The notes beneath the pieces are model-generated. The model was not told where the DNA came from. It worked only from the letters and a program-made list of their open reading frames with translations, and made no database searches. Positions 17,173-26,472 of a DNA stretch of 64,000 bases are shown one piece after another. The stretch's first letter is position 1. Every line of letters begins with the position of its first letter. A program made the translations under genes and the position numbers. Source of the DNA: Bradyrhizobiaceae bacterium. Its GTDB lineage: Bacteria > Pseudomonadota > Alphaproteobacteria > Rhizobiales > Xanthobacteraceae. The stretch lies in contig CP078014.1 in the NCBI GenBank assembly GCA_020544565.1, positions 376,574 through 440,573 on the forward strand, in the 5' to 3' direction.

Positions 17173-20100
17173 ATGTCCCGTACGGCCGCCCGTACCGACA
17201 AGGCTGCCCGAAAGCGCGGGGCGCGCGTCCTGCGCGCCGCGGGCGCGATGCGGCGTGCGCTGCGCGCGGTCATTGTCGCCGCCGGCGTCGCGGCCGCTCT
17301 CGCGGTCCCCATGCCGGCCCAGGCGCAGGCGGTGCGCGGCGAGGCGCGGTTGTCGGCGCAGCCCGGCTATGCCCGGCTGGTTCTCAGGTTTCAGGACGAC
17401 GTCGCCCCCGATATCGATGTCGCGGGCGCCATCCTGGTGATCCGTTTCAAGCGGCCGGTGACGTTACCCGTGGATGAGCTGAGCGATGCGGTGCCCGATT
17501 ATATCGGCTCCGTGCGCCGCGATCCGGACGGCATGGCGCTGCGCATGGCGCTGATGCAGAAGGTCCGCGTCAACACCATGATCGCGGGCGAGCGCGTCTT
17601 CATCGATCTGTTACCCGAGACATGGAGCGGCCAGCCGCCATCGCTGCCGGCGGAAGTGGTGAAGGAACTGTCCGAGCGGGCGCTCGCGGCGGAGCGCGCG
17701 CTGCGCCAACAGAAGCAGGCGGAAGAAGCAAGCAAGCGGCCGCCGGTGCGGGTGCGCGCCTCGGTGCAGCCGACCTTCGTGCGCTTCGTGTTCGATCTGC
17801 CGCCCGGCGTCAGCGTGTCGTCGTCGCTGAGTGAGGACCGCTTCGTCCTGTCGTTCGCCGCGCCGCTGACATTCGATCTCGCCGACGTCAAGATCGCCAT
17901 GCCGGCCAATGTCCGCTCGGTCGATCAGAAGATCGAGGGCGACACCGCGCGGGTGGCTATCGGCCTCGCCGGCGAGGCGGATGTGCGCGCCTTCCGCGAG
18001 GACAAGACCTACGTGGTCGATATCGGCTTCGAGCAGGCGCAGAAGCCGCAGGCCGCTCTCACTGCGCCGTCGCCGCAGCCGGCGGCGGCGGAGAAAGACA
18101 AGGCCGCGCCGCGCGAGGCCGCCGCCGCGATCGTGCCGCCGATCGCGGAGCAGATCGCGCGCGAGGCGGCCAAAGCGCCCGAGGTGAAGGCCGCGCCCGA
18201 AACGACGAAGGCCGCGGCTATCGAGCCGTTCAAGCCCGCAGCCGACGCGCCGAAGGCGGAGGCGGCTTCCCCTGTCGCCGCCAAGACGGCCGATGCGTCG
18301 CCGCCGCCCGCGCCGGTCGCAGCCCCGTCATCGCCGGCGGCGGCGAGCGCGCCTGCGCCGCTGGTGCCGGAACTGAAGCGCAGTAGCGACGATGTGCGCC
18401 TGACCTTTGCATTCGAAGGCCCGACCCCGGCGGCGGCGTTTCGCCGCTCGGATTCGATCTGGCTGGTGTTCGATACCAATCGCGCCATCGATGCTGCCGC
18501 CATCCGCCGCGACGGCTCCTTCATCGTCGCCGATGCGACCGCGTTCGATCTGCCCCACGGCCGCGCGCTGCGGATCCGGTTGAACCGGCCGCAACTCGCG
18601 GCGCTTGCCGGCAACGCCACCGCCTGGACCCTGATCCTCGCCGACAAGGGGCCGGCGCCGCCGCAGCCGCTCACGGCCGTGCGCAACATGGCGGAGCCCG
18701 GCCGTGGCAGCGTCAGCATTGCGCTCGCCGCCCCCGGGCGGCTGCATCGCATCAGCGATCCGGATGCCGGCGACGCCCTGCTGGTGATGACGGCAGGCGC
18801 GCCCGCGCGCGGCTTCATGCGGCGTCAGGACTTCGTCGAGTTCGCGCTGCTGGAATCGATCCACGGCGTGGTCATCCAGCAGGCCGCCGACGATCTCACC
18901 TCCACCGTCCTGTCGGATTCGCTGACCCTGAGCCGCCCCGGCGGGCTGACGCTGTCCTCGGCGATCGCCACGCCGGAGCGCGCGGCGGCCACGACGCGCC
19001 CGGTGTTCGACATCGCCGCATGGCGCGATCTGCAGACCGGCGACTTCATGGCGACCCGCAACCGCCTGATGACTGCCGCGGCGCAGGCCAAGGGCCCGGC
19101 GCGGGTGACGGCGCATACGGACATGGCGCGGTTCTATCTGGCGCACGGGTTCTACCCGGAAGCCAAGGGTATTCTCGATCTGCTGCTGTCCGAGATGACC
19201 GCGGGCGAGGAGGACGCGGCGGCGCTGACGCTCCATGCCGTGGCCAGCGCGCTCGCCGGCCGTCCGGACATCGCGCTGGCGGATCTGGCCAACCCCGCCG
19301 TCGCCGCCAATGTCGATTCCCAGTTGTGGAAGGCGATGGCCTATGCGCGGCAGGAAAAATGGGTCGAGGCGCGCGAGAAGTTCAAGAACGCCGAGCTGGT
19401 CGTCACCGGCCTGCCGCTCGATCTGCAGCGGCCGATCCTCGCGGCCGCCTTCCGCGCCGCGCTCGAGGTGAAGGACTATCCGGGCGCGACCGCGCGCGAC
19501 AACGATCTCGCGGTGATCGGCCTTGCGCCCGAACAGGCCGGGCCCATTGCGCTGCTGCGCGGGCGGCTCGCCGAGGTGCTCGGGCGCGAGCAGGACGCGC
19601 TGGGCGAATTCGAGGCCGCGGCGGCGTCGCCGGATCGCCCCGCCGCGGTCGAGGCCGAGCTTCGCGCCATCGCGCTGCGCCAGCACCGCGGCGAGATCTC
19701 CGACGACGACGCGCTGCGCCAGTTGGAGACGCTGGCGGTGATGTGGCGCGGCGACGCCCTTGAGGTGCGCACCCTCGACCTGCTGATGGCGCTGTATGTC
19801 GCCAGGGGACGCTATGCCGAGGCGCTCGCCGCCGAGCGCACGGCGACGCGGATGCTGCCGAATTCCCCGTCGGCGCGCAGGATGCAGACGGAGGCGGCGG
19901 CCCTGTTCGCGCAACTCTATAACGGCGACAAGGCCGACGAACTGCCGCCGGTGGAGGCGCTGGCGATGTTCTACGAATATCGCGATCTGACCCCGATCGG
20001 GCGGCGCGGCGACGAGATGATCCGGCGGCTGGCCGACCGGCTGGTGGCCATCGACCTGCTCGATCAGGCCAGCGAGCTGTTGCAGTACCAGGTCGATCAC

Positions 20101-20787
20101 CGCCTCGAAGGCGCGGCGCGGGCCCAGGTCGCCTCGCGCCTCGCCATGGTCTATCTGATGAACCGCAAGCCCGACCGCGCCATCACCGCGTTGCGCTCGA
20201 CCCGCATCGGCGATCTCGCCGGCGAGCTGCGTCAGCAGCGGCTGCTGCTGGAGGCGCGGGCGCAGAGCGATATCGGCCGCCACGACCTCGCCCTCGACAT
20301 CATTTCCAACATCGCCGGGCGCGAAGCCATCCGCCTGCGCTCGGACATCCACTGGGCGGCGCGGCACTGGCGCGAATCGGCCGAGCAGATCGAACTGCTC
20401 TATGGCGAGCGCTGGCGCGAGTTTCGCCCGCTCACCGATGCCGAGAAGGGCGACATCATCCGCGCTGCCATCGGTTACGCGCTGGCGGAGGACGCCATCG
20501 GGCTCGCGCGTTTCCGCGAGAAGTACAGCGCGAAGATGGACGGTGGCGACCGCACCGCGTTCGATCTTGCCAGCAAGCCGGCGTCGGCGAACAGCGCCGA
20601 TTTCGCGCGTATCGCCAGGATGGCGGCGGGCATCGATACGCTGGACGGCTTCCTGCGCGACATGAAGGCGCGCTACCCGGACGCCATCGCCCGCACCAAG
20701 CTGCCGCCGGACATCAAGGCCGATCCCGCGCCGACCGGATCGCTGCCCGAGATCAAGGGGCTGCGGCCGGTCCGCACCGCGCGCTGA
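17173..20787 (+). CDS. Large exported tetratricopeptide-repeat protein of the flagellar cluster
   Basis: About 1200 aa; signal/TM near N-terminus, beta-rich repeats, Pro/Ala linker, helical-repeat C-terminal half; exact start uncertain. Confidence 0.75.
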   Translation: MSRTAARTDKAARKRGARVLRAAGAMRRALRAVIVAAGVAAALAVPMPAQAQAVRGEARLSAQPGYARLVLRFQDDVAPDIDVAGAILVIRFKRPVTLPVDELSDAVPDYIGSVRRDPDGMALRMALMQKVRVNTMIAGERVFIDLLPETWSGQPPSLPAEVVKELSERALAAERALRQQKQAEEASKRPPVRVRASVQPTFVRFVFDLPPGVSVSSSLSEDRFVLSFAAPLTFDLADVKIAMPANVRSVDQKIEGDTARVAIGLAGEADVRAFREDKTYVVDIGFEQAQKPQAALTAPSPQPAAAEKDKAAPREAAAAIVPPIAEQIAREAAKAPEVKAAPETTKAAAIEPFKPAADAPKAEAASPVAAKTADASPPPAPVAAPSSPAAASAPAPLVPELKRSSDDVRLTFAFEGPTPAAAFRRSDSIWLVFDTNRAIDAAAIRRDGSFIVADATAFDLPHGRALRIRLNRPQLAALAGNATAWTLILADKGPAPPQPLTAVRNMAEPGRGSVSIALAAPGRLHRISDPDAGDALLVMTAGAPARGFMRRQDFVEFALLESIHGVVIQQAADDLTSTVLSDSLTLSRPGGLTLSSAIATPERAAATTRPVFDIAAWRDLQTGDFMATRNRLMTAAAQAKGPARVTAHTDMARFYLAHGFYPEAKGILDLLLSEMTAGEEDAAALTLHAVASALAGRPDIALADLANPAVAANVDSQLWKAMAYARQEKWVEAREKFKNAELVVTGLPLDLQRPILAAAFRAALEVKDYPGATARDNDLAVIGLAPEQAGPIALLRGRLAEVLGREQDALGEFEAAAASPDRPAAVEAELRAIALRQHRGEISDDDALRQLETLAVMWRGDALEVRTLDLLMALYVARGRYAEALAAERTATRMLPNSPSARRMQTEAAALFAQLYNGDKADELPPVEALAMFYEYRDLTPIGRRGDEMIRRLADRLVAIDLLDQASELLQYQVDHRLEGAARAQVASRLAMVYLMNRKPDRAITALRSTRIGDLAGELRQQRLLLEARAQSDIGRHDLALDIISNIAGREAIRLRSDIHWAARHWRESAEQIELLYGERWREFRPLTDAEKGDIIRAAIGYALAEDAIGLARFREKYSAKMDGGDRTAFDLASKPASANSADFARIARMAAGIDTLDGFLRDMKARYPDAIARTKLPPDIKADPAPTGSLPEIKGLRPVRTAR

Positions 20788-20788
20788 A

Positions 20789-21547
20789 TTACCCGCCGTA
20801 GCTCTGCACCAGGCTGCCGGCCACCAGCGACCAGCCGTCCACCAGCACGAAGAAGATCAGCTTGAACGGCAGCGACACCACCACCGGCGGCAGCATCATC
20901 ATGCCCATGGACATCAGCACCGACGCCACCACGAGGTCGATGATCAGGAACGGCAGGAACAGCAGGAAGCCGATCTCGAATGCGCGCCTCAGTTCGGAGA
21001 TCATGAAGGCAGGCACCAGGATGCGCAGCGACATCGCCTCCGGCGAGGCGGGAGGCGGCTCCCCCGACAGGTCCATGAACAGCTTGAGATCCTTTTCGCG
21101 CACGTTCTTCTGCATGAAGGCGCGCAGCGGCACCACGCCGCGCTCCAGCGCCTGCTCGACGGTGATCTGGTTGGCGACCAGCGGCCTGACGCCGTCGTCA
21201 TAGGCTTTCTGCAGCACCGGCCCCATCACGAATCCGGTCAGGAACAGCGCCAGCGCGATGATGACCGAATTCGGTGGCGCGGTCGCGGTGCCGAGCGCGG
21301 TGCGCAGCAGCGACAGCACTACCACGATGCGCGTGAACGACGTCATCATGATCAGCACCGACGGCGCCACCGACAGCACCGTCAGCAGCGCGATCAGCTG
21401 GATCGCGCGCTCGGTAACGCCGCCGTTGCCGGAGCCGCCGAGATTGATGCTGATATCCTGCGCGGCCGCCGGGTCGATCAGGACACCGGCGGTGGCGACA
21501 AGGCTGAGAAGGAATAAAACTCTACGCGGCGATCTGGCTGCGCTCAC
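20789..21547 (-). CDS. fliP: Flagellar export protein FliP
   Basis: MMTSFTRIVVVLSLLRTALG; AFEIGFLLFLPFLIIDLVVASVLMSMGMMMLPP; KLIFFVLVDGW. Confidence 0.97.
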   Translation of the reverse strand: MSAARSPRRVLFLLSLVATAGVLIDPAAAQDISINLGGSGNGGVTERAIQLIALLTVLSVAPSVLIMMTSFTRIVVVLSLLRTALGTATAPPNSVIIALALFLTGFVMGPVLQKAYDDGVRPLVANQITVEQALERGVVPLRAFMQKNVREKDLKLFMDLSGEPPPASPEAMSLRILVPAFMISELRRAFEIGFLLFLPFLIIDLVVASVLMSMGMMMLPPVVVSLPFKLIFFVLVDGWSLVAGSLVQSYGG

Positions 21548-22578
21548 GCTGGCGGCTTCGGACGGCCGAGCAGGCTCGCCATCTCGTCTTCCAGGCTCTC
21601 GAACGCGGTGGCATCCGATGGCGGCGGCGGCGGCGGAGCCATGCGCGGCGCAGGCTCGGCGCGGCGTGGCGCGGGGGGCGCGCCATGGGCCGGATCGACT
21701 GCGGGGGCGGACGGCCGCGGCTCTGGCGGCGGGCTGCGCAGGTCGGTGCCGGGATGGCGCAGGGCCTGCTCCAGCCGCTTGGCCATGTCAGCGAGATTCT
21801 GATCCGCCGACGACAGCGGTGCGTCGGCGGCCCGCGCCGGGGCGGGTGCCGGTGCCGGGCGGGGCGGCAATGGCGGCAAAGGCTGCGCCTTGGGGGCGAG
21901 ATCGCTCGGGCGCGGGATGCGCGGCTCGTTGCGCTCGCTGCGCGGCAGGACGCGGGCCGGGGCTTCCGGACGGAGCGGCGGCTCCGGGCGAAGCGGAGGT
22001 TCGGCGCGCAACGGCGGCTCGGGCCGCAGCATCGGCTCCGGCGCGAAGTTGGCCATCGGGTCCGCGGCGTGTCGGTCCGTGCCGTGACGGTCCGCTACAT
22101 GGCGGTCCGCCAGCGGCGGCGCGGCGCGGCGGGGCTCGTCCGGGAACGGGGCGCGGACCGGGCGCGGCGGCAGCTCCGGCATCGGCGGCTCGCGGTGGTC
22201 GAGCGGCTCGGCGGCCAGTTCGGTCTCCGGCCACACGTCCGGCGACAGCCGCGCCGGGGTCGGCAGTTCGGTACCGACCGGGCTGCGCTGCGGCGCCTGA
22301 TCGCGCTGGGACTGGCTGCGGACGATATTGGGCTCGACCACGACGTCGGTCGGCCCGCCGATCATCAGCAGGTGTTCGACATTGTCGCGCCGGACCAGCA
22401 CCAGCTTGCGGCGGCCATCCACCGCGGCGGCGTCGATGACGGCGAGGCGCGGCATCCGGCCCCGGCTGGAGTTGGAGCCGATGCCGCCGCTGCCGAAGCG
22501 GCGGACCAGCCAGGCCGCGGCTCCGATCAGCACGAGCACGATGATGAAGGCGATGATAATCCAGAGCGTTTGCGGCAT
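21544..22578 (-). CDS. fliO: Flagellar biosynthesis protein FliO with long Pro-rich tail
   Basis: TM then RLAVIDAAAVDGRRKLVLVRRDNVEHLLMIGG; upstream of and overlapping fliP. Confidence 0.88.
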   Translation of the reverse strand: MPQTLWIIIAFIIVLVLIGAAAWLVRRFGSGGIGSNSSRGRMPRLAVIDAAAVDGRRKLVLVRRDNVEHLLMIGGPTDVVVEPNIVRSQSQRDQAPQRSPVGTELPTPARLSPDVWPETELAAEPLDHREPPMPELPPRPVRAPFPDEPRRAAPPLADRHVADRHGTDRHAADPMANFAPEPMLRPEPPLRAEPPLRPEPPLRPEAPARVLPRSERNEPRIPRPSDLAPKAQPLPPLPPRPAPAPAPARAADAPLSSADQNLADMAKRLEQALRHPGTDLRSPPPEPRPSAPAVDPAHGAPPAPRRAEPAPRMAPPPPPPSDATAFESLEDEMASLLGRPKPPA

Positions 22579-22694
22579 GTGGTGTCCCCGTCAAACAACG
22601 CTTTCTTCTATGCCAGATTCGTCGGCCACGGAGCCGCGAAACCAGGCAGCCCGGGGACAAAACCCGTGTGAAGCGCGCTATTCGTTAAATCGTG

Positions 22695-22865
22695 CCGGCA
22701 ACAACTGCCGCCCGGCGCATCCAGTATCCCATGAATCGCCCCGGCCCAAAACCATATCTTGCGCCAGAACTTCAATGACTTGCCCGGTTATGGGGGAATT
22801 CGTGGCGAAAATGGGCCATTGCCGCTTTTAACCGCTTGTTAACCATACACGCGGCAAATTCTGCC
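22695..22865. promoter_or_regulatory. fliO/flgB divergent control region: two ftr-like palindromes and a perfect CtrA box
   Basis: CCGGCAACAACTGCCG (22695), TTAA-ccgcttg-TTAAC (22828-22843), CGGCAAATTCTGCC (22852). Confidence 0.7.
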
Positions 22866-22907
22866 TAGCTCGCGGCGTTACGCCCCGGGCCTGAGCGGAG
22901 CGATCCG

Positions 22908-23318
22908 ATGCCGATCACCGACCTGCCGATGCTGTCAGCGCTGCGCACCCGGATGCAATGGCATCAGGAGCGCCAGCGCGTGCTGGCCGAAAACGTCTCC
23001 CATTCGGATACGCCGAACTACAAGCCGCGCGACCTGGTCGAGCCGAAATTCGACGCCGCCGGCCGCGGCCCGGTGGCGGGCGCGATGCCGTCGCTGGCCA
23101 TGGCGCGCACCAGCGCCGGGCACATCCAGGCGACTGGCGTCAGCGAAAGCTTCGGCACCGGCCATGGCGGCGGCTACGAGACCCGACCGACGGGCAACGC
23201 CGTCAGCCTCGAAGACGAAATGACGAAGGTCGCGGCCAACCAGACCGACTATGCCGCGGTGACCGCGCTCTACACCCGCAGCCTCGGGCTGCTGAAGACC
23301 GCCATCGGCAAGCGCTGA
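22908..23318 (+). CDS. flgB: Flagellar rod protein FlgB
   Basis: RQRVLAENVSHSDTPNYKPRDL; GNAVSLEDEM. Confidence 0.95.
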   Translation: MPITDLPMLSALRTRMQWHQERQRVLAENVSHSDTPNYKPRDLVEPKFDAAGRGPVAGAMPSLAMARTSAGHIQATGVSESFGTGHGGGYETRPTGNAVSLEDEMTKVAANQTDYAAVTALYTRSLGLLKTAIGKR

Positions 23319-23349
23319 CGCATGATTTCCTGATGAGGGGACAACGAGC

Positions 23350-23772
23350 ATGAGCGACGGCAGCGACTTTCTCCGATCGATGGGCATCGCCACCTCCGGC
23401 CTGCGGGCGCAGGCGGGGCGCATGCGGGTGATCGCGGAAAACATCGCCAACGCGGATTCGACGGCGAAGACCGCGGGCGGCGATCCCTATCGGCGCAAGG
23501 TGCCGACCTTTTCCTCCGAACTCGACCGCAGCCTCGAGGCGCGGGTGGTGACGCTCGGCAAGATCAAGCCGGATACGTCCGACTTCCGCGTCAAGCACGA
23601 GCCCGGCAACCCGGCGGCGGACGCCAACGGCAACGTCAAATATCCCAACGTGAATTCGCTCGTCGAGATGACCGACATGCGCGAGGCGCAGCGGTCCTAC
23701 GAGGCCAATCTCAACATCATCTCCGCCACGCGCCGGATGCTCCAGCGCACCCTCGACATTCTCAAGGCATAA
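23350..23772 (+). CDS. flgC: Flagellar rod protein FlgC
   Basis: RMRVIAENIANADST; YRRK; YPNVNSLVEMTDMREAQRSYEANL. Confidence 0.96.
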   Translation: MSDGSDFLRSMGIATSGLRAQAGRMRVIAENIANADSTAKTAGGDPYRRKVPTFSSELDRSLEARVVTLGKIKPDTSDFRVKHEPGNPAADANGNVKYPNVNSLVEMTDMREAQRSYEANLNIISATRRMLQRTLDILKA

Positions 23773-23785
23773 AGGAATCCGAGCC

Positions 23786-24097
23786 ATGGCTTCGCCGACC
23801 GTCGCCGCCAATGCCTATGCCAGCCTTGCCAAGATCATGGATGCGAGCGGGGGCCTCGGACGCCCCGGCGAGAGCAACGGGCCGTCGTTCGGCGCGGTGC
23901 TGAAGGATGTGGTCAACGGCGTGCTCGACGCCGGCAAGAAATCGGACGCGCAGACCGTCGCCATGGCGCAGGGCAAGGCCAACGTCATGGACGTGGTTAC
24001 GGCGGTGGCCGAGACCGATGTCGCCGTCTCGACGCTGGTGTCGGTGCGCGACCGCGTCATCCAGTCCTACGAAGACATCATGAAGATGCCGATCTGA
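23786..24097 (+). CDS. fliE: Hook-basal body protein FliE
   Basis: GKANVMDVVTAVAE...VRDRVIQSYEDIMKMPI. Confidence 0.95.
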   Translation: MASPTVAANAYASLAKIMDASGGLGRPGESNGPSFGAVLKDVVNGVLDAGKKSDAQTVAMAQGKANVMDVVTAVAETDVAVSTLVSVRDRVIQSYEDIMKMPI

Positions 24098-24137
24098 GGC
24101 GCTCGCTTCCAACAAGGCCCGCAGGGCAGGAGATACC

Positions 24138-24401
24138 ATGACAGGCGCTGAAGTTCTCGACGTGTCGCGCGATGCGATCTGGACCATCGTCAAGGTGTCC
24201 GCGCCGCTGCTGGTGGTCGGCCTCGTGGTCGGCGTCACGATCTCGCTGATCCAGGCGCTGACCCAGATTCAGGAGCAGACGCTGGTGTTCGTGCCGAAGA
24301 TTCTCGCGATCTTCATCACGCTGGTGCTGGCGTTGCCCTACATGGCTGATGCTCTCAACAGCCAGATGCTGCGGATATCGTCGCGAATCATCGGCGGGTA
24401 G
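24138..24401 (+). CDS. fliQ: Flagellar export protein FliQ
   Basis: ISLIQALTQIQEQTLVFVPKI. Confidence 0.96.
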   Translation: MTGAEVLDVSRDAIWTIVKVSAPLLVVGLVVGVTISLIQALTQIQEQTLVFVPKILAIFITLVLALPYMADALNSQMLRISSRIIGG

Positions 24402-24442
24402 CGCATGATCGGGAGCCTCACGACCGTGGCCCGGACCGTTTC

Positions 24443-25213
24443 ATGCGCATCGACATCTCGCTTCTTCCGGCGCTCGCCGCGGCTTTCATGCTGGTGTTCG
24501 CCCGCGTCGGCGCCATGGTGATGCTGCTGCCGGGCTTCGGCGAGGTCAATATTCCGGTGCGGGCCCGGCTCGGCATCGCGCTGGCGCTGACGCTCATTCT
24601 TCTGCCGCTGCACCGCGCCGCCTTTCATGTCGATATGGGATCGGTGGCGCCGATGGCGGTGCTGCTGGTGCAGGAGATCGTGATCGGCGTGGTGCTGGGA
24701 GCGACCGCGCGCGTCACCCTGTCGGCGCTGGCGGTGGCGGGATCGGTGATCGCCCAGCAACTGGGGCTCGGCTTCGTCACCACGGTCGATCCGACCCAGG
24801 GCCAGCAGGGCGCGCTGATCGGCAATTTCCTCACCGTTCTGGCGCTGACGCTGCTGTTCGCCACCGACATGCACCATCTGGTCATCGCCGCGCTGAGCGA
24901 GAGCTACCGCATCTTCGCGCCCGGCGAACTGATGTCGAGCGCCGATGTCGCTTCGCTCGCCACCCGCGCCTTCGCCACCGCCTTCAAGATCGGCATCCAG
25001 CTCGCCGCGCCGTTCATCGTGTTCGGCCTCGTGTTCAACCTCGGCCTCGGCGTGCTGGCGCGGCTGATGCCGCAGATGCAGGTCTATTTCGTCGGTGTGC
25101 CGCTGTCGATTCTGGGCGGCCTGCTGATTCTGGCGGCGGTGCTCGCCACCATGATGGGGACGTTCCTCGATTACTTCGCCAGCATTCTCCACGAACTCGT
25201 GCCGCGGAGCTGA
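24443..25213 (+). CDS. fliR: Flagellar export protein FliR
   Basis: FARVGAMVMLLPGFG; AGSVIAQQLGLGF; RLMPQMQVYF. Confidence 0.95.
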   Translation: MRIDISLLPALAAAFMLVFARVGAMVMLLPGFGEVNIPVRARLGIALALTLILLPLHRAAFHVDMGSVAPMAVLLVQEIVIGVVLGATARVTLSALAVAGSVIAQQLGLGFVTTVDPTQGQQGALIGNFLTVLALTLLFATDMHHLVIAALSESYRIFAPGELMSSADVASLATRAFATAFKIGIQLAAPFIVFGLVFNLGLGVLARLMPQMQVYFVGVPLSILGGLLILAAVLATMMGTFLDYFASILHELVPRS

Positions 25214-25222
25214 GCAGGGGCC

Positions 25223-26296
25223 ATGGCCGACGAGGACAAGGACTCCAAAACACAGGACCCGACGCAAAAACGTCTCGACGAGGCGCTGGAGCGGGGCGAT
25301 GTCGTCAAGAGCCAGGAGGTCAACACCTGGTTCGTGATCGCCGGCTCCACCTTGCTGCTGTCGTCGTTCTCGGGGTCGATCTCGGCGGGCATCCAGGCTC
25401 CGATGCGCAACCTGTTGATGAACGCCCACCAGATCCGCGTCGACGGGCCGGGGGTGCTGGCGCTGATCGGCAGCCTCGAGGGCATCCTGATCGGCGTTCT
25501 CGGCGTTCCGCTGCTGCTGCTGATGATCGCGGGCGTCGGCAGCAACCTGATCCAGCACCGGCTGGTGTGGTCGGCGCAGCCGCTCGTGCCCAAGTTCAGC
25601 AAGATTTCGCCGATGGCGGGCGCGAAGCGGCTGTTCGGCAAGCAGGCGTGGGCCAATTTTCTCAAGGGGCTGTTCAAGATCATCGCGCTCGGCAGCGTGA
25701 TGAGCATGGTGCTGTGGCCGGAGCGCCACCGCCTCGACGCGCTGGTGCGGTTCGATCCGGTGTCGTTGCTCGGGGTCACCAAGGCCATCTCGGTGCAGTT
25801 GATGGGCACCGTGGTGGCGATGCTGGCGCTGGTAGCGGCGCTCGACTACCTGTTCCAGTACCGGCAGTGGTTCGAGCGGCAGAAGATGTCGCTGGAGGAG
25901 ATCAAGGAGGAATACAAGCAGTCCGAGGGTGATCCCCACATTAAGGGCCGCATCCGGCAGTTGCGTCATGCCCGCATGAAGAAGCGGATGATGGCGGCGG
26001 TGCCGACCGCCTCGGTCGTCATCACCAACCCGACCCACTACGCGGTGGCGCTCAAATACGAGCGCGGCATGCCGGCGCCGCTCTGCGTCGCCAAGGGCGT
26101 CGATCTGATGGCCCTGAAGATCAGGGAGGTCGCCGCAGCCAACGACGTGCCGGTGGTCGAGAACGTGCCTCTGGCGCGCGCGCTGCACGCCAGTGTCGAG
26201 ATCGACGACGAGATTCCGGTCGAGCACTATCACGCGGTCGCCGAGGTCATCGGTTATGTCATGAAGCTGCGGAGCGGGGTGCGGGGCCTTGGCTGA
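25223..26296 (+). CDS. flhB: Flagellar export protein FlhB
   Basis: KTQDPTQKRL; SEGDPHIKGRIR; NPTH autocleavage motif. Confidence 0.97.
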   Translation: MADEDKDSKTQDPTQKRLDEALERGDVVKSQEVNTWFVIAGSTLLLSSFSGSISAGIQAPMRNLLMNAHQIRVDGPGVLALIGSLEGILIGVLGVPLLLLMIAGVGSNLIQHRLVWSAQPLVPKFSKISPMAGAKRLFGKQAWANFLKGLFKIIALGSVMSMVLWPERHRLDALVRFDPVSLLGVTKAISVQLMGTVVAMLALVAALDYLFQYRQWFERQKMSLEEIKEEYKQSEGDPHIKGRIRQLRHARMKKRMMAAVPTASVVITNPTHYAVALKYERGMPAPLCVAKGVDLMALKIREVAAANDVPVVENVPLARALHASVEIDDEIPVEHYHAVAEVIGYVMKLRSGVRGLG

Positions 26297-26472
26297 CCGT
26301 TCCGCCACCGACCCGCGCCGGGCAAGGTCTGGCGTGCGCTGTGAACCGGTCGTAATGTGCCTTGCGTCATGAGGACCGATTCAGGCACTGAGGACGCGGC
26401 GGCGTGGAGTTCCGCGACTTCATGCCGCGACACCGGCTTCCGCCCCTGCGGGCCACGCGCTGACGGACTGTC

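Noticed and set aside
22592-22625. TGGCAT...GC motif upstream of fliO as a sigma54 promoter
   Set aside because: GG-GC spacing is one base too long for -24/-12 recognition
18328-26308. Long minus-strand ORFs 18328-20367 and 24338-26308
   Set aside because: Antisense shadows of the TPR gene and fliR/flhB; Arg/His/Ala-rich composition typical of non-coding frames
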